A DNA stretch of 64,000 nucleotides from Eubacteriales bacterium (GTDB taxonomy: Bacteria > Bacillota > Clostridia > Oscillospirales > CAG-272). Position 1 is the first letter of the stretch; each line of letters opens with the position of its first letter. The DNA lies in the NCBI GenBank assembly GCA_045596925.1, contig JAZODH010000058.1, positions 5,791-69,790 of the forward strand, given 5' to 3'. This document shows, piece after piece, positions 25,483 through 34,800 of this stretch. The notes below the pieces were generated by a model. It worked only from the letters and a program-made list of their open reading frames with translations, was not told the DNA's origin and did not search any database. A program made the translations under genes and the position numbers.

Positions 25483-25550
25483 AAAATTATCAAAGATTCC
25501 TTTGGATTTTGAGCATCTTTTCTTTGAAATTCGGCAATGGAAGAGGTAAA

Positions 25551-26411
25551 ATGCAGAGCAAAGCCATAAAAGACATCACTTCATATATTGATTTTCTGCG
25601 GGAATGCGGCTTTTCTCTCACCCTCAGCTGTTTTTCCGAGGTACTGCGCCCATACTATGAAAATCTTCTTCAATACGAGCCACACCTGTGCCGAGTGTGC
25701 ACCCATTTGAAATCTTGCCCCGAGACAAGATCCAGGTGCATCGAAAACAAGGACAGACTCAACAGGAGCAACCCAAAAAGCACTTACTATTACTGCTGCT
25801 GGGCAGGGGTGGAGGAATTCGTTTTCCCCGTTTTACAGAACGGCGAGCCTATATGCTGTATCAACCTTTCGGGCTATCGTGGAAAGCTTGAAATATCAAA
25901 AAAGCTCAAGGAAAAACTGAAAAAACGCTTGGGAGAAGGATATACGGAAAATTACGAGGCTCTCAGCGACACGGTACCCACCCAAGACGAGGCAGAGAGG
26001 GCAATAAACCCTCTTAAATATATGCTCCGTTCACTTTACCGTCAAGCGCTCCTGACTCCGCAGGAAAACGACCCGTCGGGCGAGGTGTACATTCAGACTC
26101 TGCGATACGTATACGACCACTACATGGAACGCATTTCTGCCGAGGATATTGCCGCCGCTCTTTGCTATTCGTCGTCGCACCTGCGACACGTCTTTCTTAA
26201 AAAGAGCGGAAAGACCATATCCGACACCCTCACCGCCGTGCGCTTGTCTGCCGCCGAGCAGCTGCTGACCCAAAGCGAGCTTTCCGTGACGCAGATCGCC
26301 CTTGACTGCGGATTCTGCGACGGCAATTATTTTTCCACCGTTTTCAAAAAGCACAAGGGGGTCTCCCCAAAGGACTACCGCGCCGAGCTTCGGACAAAGC
26401 GCGGAATTTGA
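25551..26411 (+). CDS. AraC-family regulator with Cys-rich PocR-like sensory N-domain
   Basis: C-terminal AraC HTH (SVTQIALDCGFCDGNYFSTVFKKHKGVSPKDYR). N-domain CRVCTHLKSCPETRSRC...YYYCCWAGVEEFVFPV resembles PocR. ATG 25551 follows GGAAGAGG. Confidence 0.85.
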   Translation: MQSKAIKDITSYIDFLRECGFSLTLSCFSEVLRPYYENLLQYEPHLCRVCTHLKSCPETRSRCIENKDRLNRSNPKSTYYYCCWAGVEEFVFPVLQNGEPICCINLSGYRGKLEISKKLKEKLKKRLGEGYTENYEALSDTVPTQDEAERAINPLKYMLRSLYRQALLTPQENDPSGEVYIQTLRYVYDHYMERISAEDIAAALCYSSSHLRHVFLKKSGKTISDTLTAVRLSAAEQLLTQSELSVTQIALDCGFCDGNYFSTVFKKHKGVSPKDYRAELRTKRGI

Positions 26412-26454
26412 AGCAAAACAAAAAATCCGCTGACGCGGACAAGGAGATATATTT

Positions 26455-27138
26455 ATGGAAGAAAACAAATTTGAAAAATTTTACGGCGAGGTCTTTCCCT
26501 TCTGGGAAAATCTTCCCGAATCCGAGAAAAAATTCGTGTGCGACAGCTCTTTTGAGATCAACTACAAAAAGGGCACGCACATTCACGACGGAAGCGAGTG
26601 CTCGGGAGTTTTTATGGTTCAAAGCGGCTGTCTGCGTATCTACATCATGTCGGAGGAGGGCAAGGACATAACCCTGTACCGCCTGCACACAGGAGATATG
26701 TGCATGTTGGCGGCGTCCTGCGTAATACAGGCGATCACCTTTGACGTGTTCATTGACGCAGAGGAAGACAGCCGGTGCTTTGTAATTTCAGGTCCCGCCT
26801 TTGCAGCCCTGTCCGAGAGAAATCAGGCAGTAAAAATCTTTTCTCTTGAAACGGCAGTCGAACGCTTTTCCGACGTCATGTGGGTCATGCAGCAGATACT
26901 TTTCATGAGCATGGACCGCCGTCTGGCAATCTTTTTGACAGAAGAAAGTGCCCGTCTGGGGACGGACACGGTCGAGCTTTCCCACGAGCAGATCGCACGT
27001 TACATGGGATCTGCCCGCGAGGTGGTATCAAGAATGCTCAAATATTTTGTATCTGAGGGAATAGTGGAGCTTTCCCGCCGAGGGGTTAAGATCACCGACC
27101 GCAAAAAGCTCCGCTCACTCGCCCTGGAGCATAGCTAA
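26455..27138 (+). CDS. Crp/Fnr-family transcriptional regulator
   Basis: cNMP-binding-like beta-roll plus a C-terminal HTH SHEQIARYMGSAREVVSRMLK. No N-terminal FNR-type Cys cluster. Confidence 0.85.
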   Translation: MEENKFEKFYGEVFPFWENLPESEKKFVCDSSFEINYKKGTHIHDGSECSGVFMVQSGCLRIYIMSEEGKDITLYRLHTGDMCMLAASCVIQAITFDVFIDAEEDSRCFVISGPAFAALSERNQAVKIFSLETAVERFSDVMWVMQQILFMSMDRRLAIFLTEESARLGTDTVELSHEQIARYMGSAREVVSRMLKYFVSEGIVELSRRGVKITDRKKLRSLALEHS

Positions 27139-27426
27139 GATCTCAGCCTTGGGACGCGCGCCCACAGACTGAGCTACGACCTTGCCGTCACGGAGGACCG
27201 CCAGCATGGGAATGCTCATAACGCCGAACTGCTGAGCAAGCTCGCCCTCGTCGTCAACATTTACCTTTCCCACGGCGTACTCGGGGTGCTCGGCGGCGAT
27301 CTCCTCAATGATGGGCGCCACCATACGGCAGGGACCGCACCAATCTGCAAAAAAATCAAGCAGAACGGGCTTGCCACTTGAAATAACTTCGGAAAAATTG
27401 TTCTTATTTACATGAATTACTGACAT
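27115..27426 (-). CDS. trxA: Thioredoxin
   Basis: 103 aa with the WCGPC active site. ATG 27426 follows AAGAGGTAAAAGTT. The 3' end overlaps the crp-like 3' end by 24 nt. Confidence 0.9.
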   Translation of the reverse strand: MSVIHVNKNNFSEVISSGKPVLLDFFADWCGPCRMVAPIIEEIAAEHPEYAVGKVNVDDEGELAQQFGVMSIPMLAVLRDGKVVAQSVGARPKAEILAMLQGE

Positions 27427-27487
27427 AACTTTTACCTCTTTTCTTTGATTTTGTACCCTTATTTTACCCTCTTTTTCAATTTTTTTC

Positions 27488-27502
27488 TGTGACAAAGTCA
27501 CA
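27488..27502. promoter_or_regulatory. Perfect palindrome TGTGAC-AAA-GTCACA (CRP-type half-sites) upstream of trxA
   Basis: Its centre (27495) lies 29 nt upstream of the first base of a minus-strand TAAAAT (27466-27461). That places it at about -41 if this hexamer is the -10. Confidence 0.45.
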
Positions 27503-27596
27503 TTTTTTGAAATTTTTGTAATTTTCCCGAAAAAATCCCGACTTTAATTGTGAAAGGCCTTCAAATACACGCAAGAAGGAGGTGCGAAGGACGATT

Positions 27597-28148
27597 ATGG
27601 ACGACGAAAAGATCATCGAGATGTTTTTTGACCGCAACGAGCAGGCCGTCGGCGAGACCGAGAAGAAATACGGAAGATATTGCCACAGCATTTCTTACAG
27701 GATCCTGAACTCAAACGAGGACAGCGAGGAATGCGTAAACGACACCTGGCTTTCCGCATGGAATGCGATCCCACCGAAAAAGCCCGAAAGTCTGAGAGGG
27801 TTTTTGGGCAGGATCTGCCGAAACATTTCCCTTGACCGCCTGGATTTTCTCCGTGCAGACAAGCGAAATACAAACGTAACCGAGGCATTCGAGGAGCTTG
27901 AGTTGTTTCTTTCGGGCAAGGAAGAAAATATCCCCGAAGAAATTTTTATGCGCGAGACGGTGAACAAATTCCTCAAATCGCTGGACCAAAAGACAAGGAT
28001 CATTTTCATGCGCAGATATTGGTATTTCTGCTCCGTTGAGGAAATTGCGGACAGCATGGGAATAACGGAAAACAACGTCCGAGTCACCCTGCACCGCACC
28101 AAACTTAAGATGAGAAGCTTTTTTGAAAAGGAGGGTATTACAATATGA
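27597..28148 (+). CDS. ECF-like sigma-70 family RNA polymerase sigma factor
   Basis: Region 2 (ECVNDTWLSAWNAI) and region 4 (CSVEEIADSMGITENNVRVTLHRTKLKM). ATGA overlap with the downstream gene. Confidence 0.85.
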   Translation: MDDEKIIEMFFDRNEQAVGETEKKYGRYCHSISYRILNSNEDSEECVNDTWLSAWNAIPPKKPESLRGFLGRICRNISLDRLDFLRADKRNTNVTEAFEELELFLSGKEENIPEEIFMRETVNKFLKSLDQKTRIIFMRRYWYFCSVEEIADSMGITENNVRVTLHRTKLKMRSFFEKEGITI

Positions 28149-30163
28149 AAAGAAAATACGATCTCATGCGTTATGCAGACGACAAATATATTGAGGAAGC
28201 GAATCCCGAAAGAAGGGTCCGCAAGAAAAGCCGGCTGACCGTTCTCATAGCGGCAGTCCTGTCCCTTGCCCTGCTTGTGGGCGCGTTGTCCGTCTTCCTG
28301 CTTCCCGCAAACAAAAGGGACAATAACGGCGGCAGACCTCACGGCTACCTGGCAATTCAAAGCGGGATCGAAGGCTACCTTGAAAGCCACGGAAGATACG
28401 CGAGAAAGAATCAAGTATCTCAGGGCGGATTCTGGGACAATTTGTTTAATATGTTCGGCGGCGGTGCCAAGGGTGAGGCCACAATGGACGACGGCTTTGC
28501 CTTTAACGGTGCTGTTGACGAAGCAGACAGAGACGTAGTTGCCGATTATTTTGAGGAATATTCCCCCGAAGCCGCATTGCCAAATGAAAAAAGCGAGACT
28601 GACAACTCCTCGGTTGAAGTCACCGACAACCAGGTTGAGGGCGTCACCGAGGGCGACCGCTTCAAGAGAAGCAACACTCACATCTTCTATCTTGACCGTT
28701 ACAGTGTGCTCAAGGTCTACACCATTGAGGGGCTTGATTCAAAGGAGGTAGCGTCGCTTTACGTTGCCGCAGACTTTGAGGCAGATATAGCCGACGCACA
28801 AAAAGCTGTCAACGTGGCAGTTGAAGAAATGTTCCTTTCCCCCGATGCAAAAACTCTCACTCTGATCTTCGTCTTCAGCTCCCCCGATGACGGATCGGTC
28901 TACACGGGAATTGCAAACTATGACGTTTCCGTGCCTGAAAACGTAAAAATGACGGCGCGCGTTATCCTTTCGGGCGACTATCTTTCCGCTCGCTTTATCG
29001 ACGGCAAGCTGCTTGTTATGAGCAGTCAGATGCTCAAGGAAGAAGTACTTTACAAGAACGGCGAGATCGATTTCTCCGACAAGACCGATTATCTCCCCCA
29101 AATTTCCGACGTAAACGGTGATCTTGAGATCATGTCCGAGGACGACATCATAATCCCCGAGGAGACCTCACGGCTGTGCTACACAAACGTGACCGTCCGC
29201 GACAGCGTGACCCTCCAGAGCCTTGGCGACAAGTCCCTTTTCTCTCACAGCACCGACGCTTACGTCACGCGTGATCGCATCTATCTGACCAGCATCTGGG
29301 CAAAGATGACCGAAAAGAGCAGCTCTACTGTCCGCGACGCCATGACAGACATCACCTGCCTGAAAATAGGCGAGGGTGAGCTGACAGAGGAAGGCGTTAT
29401 TACCGTCCGCGGCTACGTTAAGGACCAGTACAGCATGGACGAGTACGAGGGCATTTTACGCGTGGTGACCACCACAAACTCTACCGAATATCACAATTCC
29501 AATTACGTCAGCTATGGCTACGACGAAAGATTTACCATTGCAACCGCCACAGGACGCTCAAATGCAAGCCTTTACTGCATTGACGCGACTACCTTTGAGC
29601 TGGTTTCCGAGGTCGTTGATTTTGCGCCTCCTCACGAGGAAGTGCAGTCCGCAAGATTTAACAAGACTATGGCTTACGTCTGCACGTCGATCGAGATGAG
29701 TGACCCCGTGTTCTTCTTTGACCTGTCCGATATAAATAACATCACCTACAAGGACACAGGTACGATCGAGGGCTATTCCACCTCTCTTGTAAACCTTCAG
29801 GACGGCTTTTTGCTGGGCTTTGGCGTGGTCAACTGGAGCGACGCCAAAATCGAGATATACGAAGAGACCGAGGACGGTGTCAGCTCGGTATGCGATCTCA
29901 CCATTCCCGGTGCAGACATCTCCCACGAGCACAAAGCGCACTATATCAACCGCGATGAAAACCTTATCGGATTTGGAGTATATCACCGCGACGGCTCGGG
30001 CAAGACCGAATATATCCTGCTTGGATTTACGGGCGGTGAGCTGGTGGAGATAATCCGCGTGGAAGTGGGCTTTGACCTTGACACCCAGCGCGCGACTCTC
30101 ATTGACGACTACTTCTATATCCTCCACTCGGACGGACTGACAGTCAAAAAGCTTTACAACTAA
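28145..30163 (+). CDS. Membrane-anchored beta-propeller-domain protein (putative anti-sigma/partner of the preceding sigma)
   Basis: N-terminal cytoplasmic DDKYIEEA motif, a single TM (LTVLIAAVLSLALLVGALSVFLL), and a large extracytoplasmic domain resembling the secreted Beta_propel family. Confidence 0.7.
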   Translation: MKRKYDLMRYADDKYIEEANPERRVRKKSRLTVLIAAVLSLALLVGALSVFLLPANKRDNNGGRPHGYLAIQSGIEGYLESHGRYARKNQVSQGGFWDNLFNMFGGGAKGEATMDDGFAFNGAVDEADRDVVADYFEEYSPEAALPNEKSETDNSSVEVTDNQVEGVTEGDRFKRSNTHIFYLDRYSVLKVYTIEGLDSKEVASLYVAADFEADIADAQKAVNVAVEEMFLSPDAKTLTLIFVFSSPDDGSVYTGIANYDVSVPENVKMTARVILSGDYLSARFIDGKLLVMSSQMLKEEVLYKNGEIDFSDKTDYLPQISDVNGDLEIMSEDDIIIPEETSRLCYTNVTVRDSVTLQSLGDKSLFSHSTDAYVTRDRIYLTSIWAKMTEKSSSTVRDAMTDITCLKIGEGELTEEGVITVRGYVKDQYSMDEYEGILRVVTTTNSTEYHNSNYVSYGYDERFTIATATGRSNASLYCIDATTFELVSEVVDFAPPHEEVQSARFNKTMAYVCTSIEMSDPVFFFDLSDINNITYKDTGTIEGYSTSLVNLQDGFLLGFGVVNWSDAKIEIYEETEDGVSSVCDLTIPGADISHEHKAHYINRDENLIGFGVYHRDGSGKTEYILLGFTGGELVEIIRVEVGFDLDTQRATLIDDYFYILHSDGLTVKKLYN

Positions 30164-30172
30164 ATGACAATA

Positions 30173-30204
30173 CCCCCGCAGACTACGGTCTGCGGGGGAT
30201 TTGT
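30173..30204 (+). terminator. Intrinsic terminator
   Basis: CCCCCGCAGAC (30173-30183) / GTCTGCGGGGG (30188-30198), loop TACG, then ATTTGTT. Confidence 0.8.
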
Positions 30205-30222
30205 TCGCAGGTAAACACCCTG

Positions 30223-30270
30223 AGCCTTCTCCAGTGGGAGAAGGTGGCAGCCGAAGGCTGACGGATGAGG
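30223..30270. repeat. Left arm of an imperfect inverted repeat bracketing the DUF559 gene
   Basis: AGCCTTCTCCAGTGGGAGAAGGTGGCAGCC...GGATGAGG. Contains the internal 8-bp hairpin CCTTCTCC/GGAGAAGG (30225-30244). Confidence 0.7.
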
Positions 30271-30275
30271 TGTCC

Positions 30276-30689
30276 TTACTTGGATTGCAAATCAGAATAT
30301 TCCAACTCAAGTTTTTTCAAAATATCAGTTACAACTTTGAAAAAATTATTCTTAATGCTTTCGTTTGAGTACCGCAAAACTTTTATACCCCAAGAAGCAA
30401 GACAATTATCTCTTTGCTCATCTGCTCTCCTGTGTTCGATCGATGCATGCTGTATTCCATCTATTTCTACAACTATCTTCTTTTCTGCAATATAAAAATC
30501 AACAATATAATTTTCTATATTATGCTGCCGTCTTACGTTATATGGCAATCTTTTGAGAAAATCATACCATAAATGTTTTTCTTCGGGAGTCATGTTTTTT
30601 CGAAGCTCTCTGGCATTCGACACATATTTTTTGTTATAAGGTATTATCAGCAACTCCTCATCCACCGCAAGCGGTCCCCCCTCTCCCAC
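30276..30689 (-). CDS. DUF559 (Vsr-like, very-short-patch-repair-type fold) endonuclease-domain protein
   Basis: ARELRKNMTPEEKHLWYDFLK ... NYIVDFYIAEKKIVVEIDG ... RDNCLASWGIKVLRYSN. The start is uncertain: GTG 30689 lies inside the right repeat arm. The gene is visibly AT-rich. Confidence 0.8.
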   Translation of the reverse strand: MGEGGPLAVDEELLIIPYNKKYVSNARELRKNMTPEEKHLWYDFLKRLPYNVRRQHNIENYIVDFYIAEKKIVVEIDGIQHASIEHRRADEQRDNCLASWGIKVLRYSNESIKNNFFKVVTDILKKLELEYSDLQSK

Positions 30690-30700
30690 AGGAGAAGGCT
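30656..30700. repeat. Right arm of the inverted repeat bracketing the DUF559 gene
   Basis: The reverse complement reads AGCCTTCTCCTGTGGGAGAGGGGGGACCGC...GGATGAGG. The first about 27 nt match the left arm with few mismatches, and the terminal GGATGAGG is shared. Confidence 0.7.
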
Positions 30701-30705
30701 TACTT

Positions 30706-31800
30706 TTAATACGACGTATTTACAACCGAATTTTTGATATTGTATTTTGCGATAACGTCCTCGTGGACCACGATATCGTCCTTAAATTCGGAAAGGCGCT
30801 CACTCAGCTTTATCGTAACGAGGTTTGGCTCGAAATCCGTAAAGAAATCGGCGTTTGCAGAAGACGCGTAACCACCCTCGTCAAGCTCCTCGCGCAGAAT
30901 TATGTGGATTCCGTATTCGGATTTTACCATGGCGAACTTGCCTACCTCAAGAGAGAAGGCAAGGTCCACCACCTCCGTCACGTACTGTGAGGTCTTTGTG
31001 AAATAGTAGCCGCCGGGGTACTGCTCGTTTGCCTTGTCCTCGCTGTATTTGTCCATGAGGGTGGCAAAATTCTCGCCCTTTGAAAGCATTCCGAGTATAT
31101 CCTCTGCCTTTTTCTCCTGCGTCGCGATCTCCGCGTCGGTGAAATCGCGGGTCGCCACGTTGCCCTGCTCGTCGTAGGTGAAATTGCCCTCGTCGTCGGT
31201 TATGGGCTTGTTTGAGGTGTAAAGAAATATCTGCTTTATACGGGCGTAATTCTCCGTATAATATTCCGCTTTTTCCTCATCTGTTATCTTCTCCGTTCCG
31301 TTAGAACCGTAAAGATATTCTTCGAGGTAGTCAAGCTTTGCTTCGATTATATACACCTCGCGGAGAATGTCGTAGTTTACACCGTATGCGGAAAGATAGG
31401 AATTGAGAGTGGACTTGCTTCCGTCCCCGCGCTCTCGGAGGATCGTCTCCATGGTCTGATCTATCTCTTTTATCTCGGACTTGGGCAATTCAAGCTCAAG
31501 CTCACTGAAAAGGTGCATAGCGGAAATAAAGGTCTTTGCGTTATCGGTGACAAAGCCCGTAAAAACCTCGTTGTAGGTCTTGCCGTCCTCGTTCACCTCG
31601 TCCCAGATGTCGTCACCTGCATTGCTGTAAACGCCTTTTACACGCGACAGCCACAGGCGGTACATATTGACCGTTATTTTCTGCTCGCCCAGCTCAAACG
31701 CCACCTCCTGCTTCTTTTTGCCGCAGGACACAAGAGCCGTCAGCATGGCAACCGCCAAAGCAAAAGCCAGAAATCTTGCAAAAAATTTATTGTTCCTCAT
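30706..31800 (-). CDS. prsA: PrsA/SurA-like parvulin peptidyl-prolyl isomerase lipoprotein
   Basis: Lipobox LVSCG. C-terminal PpiC-type domain (GGYYFTKTSQYVTEVVDLAFSLEVGKFAMVKSEYGIHIILRE). ATG 31800 overlaps the mfd 3' end by 14 nt. Confidence 0.8.
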   Translation of the reverse strand: MRNNKFFARFLAFALAVAMLTALVSCGKKKQEVAFELGEQKITVNMYRLWLSRVKGVYSNAGDDIWDEVNEDGKTYNEVFTGFVTDNAKTFISAMHLFSELELELPKSEIKEIDQTMETILRERGDGSKSTLNSYLSAYGVNYDILREVYIIEAKLDYLEEYLYGSNGTEKITDEEKAEYYTENYARIKQIFLYTSNKPITDDEGNFTYDEQGNVATRDFTDAEIATQEKKAEDILGMLSKGENFATLMDKYSEDKANEQYPGGYYFTKTSQYVTEVVDLAFSLEVGKFAMVKSEYGIHIILREELDEGGYASSANADFFTDFEPNLVTIKLSERLSEFKDDIVVHEDVIAKYNIKNSVVNTSY

Positions 31801-34800
31801 TTGTTTCGTTCTCCTTTTTTGCTTCACTCATTCGGATATAGTCAAAGAGAAGTGCCTCGGTTATATCGGTGGGCTTTTCGTCCTTTTGCAGTCGCAGGTT
31901 CATATACGGCGTGCCCGACATGACGATCTTTATCCTGCCGCCGTACTTCTTTGACAGATCCGACCAAATCTCCCAATCGAATTTCGTCGGGAAAATATGC
32001 ACCTCACTACCCGACTGCTCTACTCTTGTAACACCGCATTTTATGGCGTAAGCTCGGATAAGAGCGATCTGCAGAAGATTCAACGCCGCCTTTGGAGGCG
32101 TTCCGAAGCGGTCGTAAAGCTCGTCGGTAATATCCTCACGATCGTATTCGCTGTCGATCATGGCGATCTTCTTGTAAAGTGCCATTCGCTCGGAGGAAGA
32201 GCCTACGTATTTTTCGGGCAGGTAAGCGTCTGCGTTCAGGGCAATATTGCAGTCGGGCTTTTCCACGATCTTACCGCCCTTTTCTTCAAGCACGGCTTCA
32301 TTTAAGAGCTTGATGTAAAGATCATAACCGATAGCCTCAAGGTGTCCGTGCTGCTCTGCTCCCAGCAAATTTCCCGCACCGCGCAGCTCCATGTCGCGCA
32401 AGGCGATCTTAAAGCCCGCGCCGAATTCCGCATACTCCCGTATTGCTTCAAGCCGTTTTTCGGCTATCTCGTCAAGAACCCTGCCGCGGGGGAAGGTGAA
32501 ATACGCATAGGCGCGGCGGGACGAACGTCCAACTCGACCTCTCAACTGATGCAACTGTGAAAGACCAAGTCTGTGGGCGTTCTCAACTATAAGCGTATTG
32601 GCATTAGGCACGTCAACGCCCGTTTCAATGATCGTGGTGCTGACCAAAATATCCGTCTCGCCCGAGAGCATTCTTCCCCAGATCTCCTCAAGCTCCTCCC
32701 TTTCCATACGCCCGTGAGCCACGGTTATGCGGGCATCGGGAATCGCCGCGGAAAGTCTTGCCGCCACCACGTTTATATTGTCAATATTGTTATACAGATA
32801 AAAGATCTGGCCTCCGCGGCGAAGCTCGCGCCGTATTGCCTCCTCGATTATGAGATCGTCGTGCTCAAGAACGTAGGTCTGAACGGGCAGACGGTCGCCC
32901 GGTGCCTCGTCAAGAATGGAGATATCGCGCAGACCGCCCATTGCCATGTTCAGCGTTCGGGGGATCGGCGTAGCACTAAGTGTCAGCACGTCAACGTTGC
33001 CGCAAAGCTGTTTCAGCTTTTCCTTTTGGGCAACCCCAAATCTCTGTTCCTCGTCAATAATGAGCAGACCCAGATCTTTAAATTCAATATCCTTTGAAAC
33101 CAGGCGATGAGTGCCGATTATCATGTCCACCTCACCGCGCTTCAATCGGCGCAACGTCAATGCCTGCTGCTTTGGAGTGCGGAAGCGAGAGATGATGTCC
33201 ACCTCAACGGGGAAGGAGCGGAAGCGCGCCAGCGCCGTCTGGTAATGCTGCATTGCAAGAATGGTGGTAGGCACCAAGATCGCCACCTGCTTGCCGCCAA
33301 GGATCGCCTTGTATGCGGCGCGGAACGCCACCTCGGTCTTGCCGAATCCAACGTCGCCGCAGAGCAGTCTGTCCATGGGAACCGTGCTCATCATGTCCTG
33401 CTTTATTTCCTCAATGGCAGTCACCTGACTGCTTGTTTCCTCGTAGTCAAATGCCACCTCGAAATCCTGCTGAAAATCGTCGTCGGGCGGGAAAGCAATG
33501 CCGCTGAGGCGCATACGGGAGGCGTAAAGCTGAATAAGCTCCTTCGCCATCTCACGGACCGCGCCCTTGACCTTGGATTTCGCCTTACCCCATTCACCGC
33601 CGCCGAATTTGGACAGCTTTACCGTACCGTCGTCGGCATGAGCACCGATGTATTTTGACACGCGGTCAAGCTTTTCGGTAGGCAGGAACAGCTTATCTGC
33701 TCCCGCGTACTGAATGCTTATATAGTCACGGCTGACGCCGTTTATTACCTTGTTTGAAATACCCAGGTAGATACCTATACCGTAGTCCTCGTGAACCACG
33801 TAGTCTCCCACCTTCAGCTCGGCGTAAGAAAGAATCTTCTGCGTTCCCGCGATCTTCTTACCACGTCTTTTGCCCGTGGCAGTTTTAAGGTAAGAACCCT
33901 TACCCTGCCCGTAGGTGGAAAGAACGGAGATCTTTGCCGCAGGAAGCTCGTAGCCGCCGATAAAGTGCCGCCAGACAAGCTGTACCGTTCCCGCAGGCTG
34001 TGTAGCCGATGTCAGTTCATCCTCCTCGGTGCTCTTGAAAGTGGTATATTCCTCACTTGAAAGAAGCTCGGAAAGGCTGTTTGCCGCCGCCTCGTTTTCG
34101 CAAAGGACCACCGTTTTGTAGCCGTTCTTTGCGTAAGAAGAAAGGTCCTCCCGCAAAAGGTCAAAATTCTCTGCATAGGAAACGGTGTGCTTTGTGCGGA
34201 AGCCAAAAAGTCCGCCCAATTTCTTACCCGACAGACCTGTCGTCATAGACCCCGCGTGTAAAGTAACGTTACGCTCGCAGAAAAGCTCGAAAGCCGAGAC
34301 AGGCTTTGTATAGTCGGCATATTTTGAGGAGATCGTGCCGCCTTCCATCAGCTCCTCGATCTGACGGTGCAGAGTCCACTCGGCGGTTTTCAACCGTTCG
34401 TTTACGGCGGCTGTGCCGCGGATTATGACAAGATTATTTTCGCCCAAATAGTCAAGCAAGCTCACCCTCTCGGGGTAGATAAGCGAAATATATTTGTCCG
34501 CAAAATTTACATCAAGATCGTCCTCAAGGGCACGAATCTCAAGCTCCATTTCCTCTCTTGCACGGCTGTCCTCGCTCTTTTTCAGGTGCGAAGCAATGGC
34601 TTTTTTCAGCTTTTCCCTGCCCTCGGCGGTGATTATCAGCTCGCGCGCGGGAGGAAGCTCTGCATAATCTATGTGGTCGGTGATTCGCTGGCTGTCCACC
34701 TCAAAAAGACCCATTCTGTCAATGTCGTCACCGAAAAGCTCGATTCGCAGGGGCGCCACCGAGTTTTTCTCGTTGCCGTCCACGTCCACGTATCTGCCGT

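Noticed and set aside
27695-28681. 328-aa - strand ORF spanning the sigma factor and the start of the beta-propeller gene
   Set aside because: It is antisense to two well-supported, translationally coupled genes, and no motifs are recognisable.
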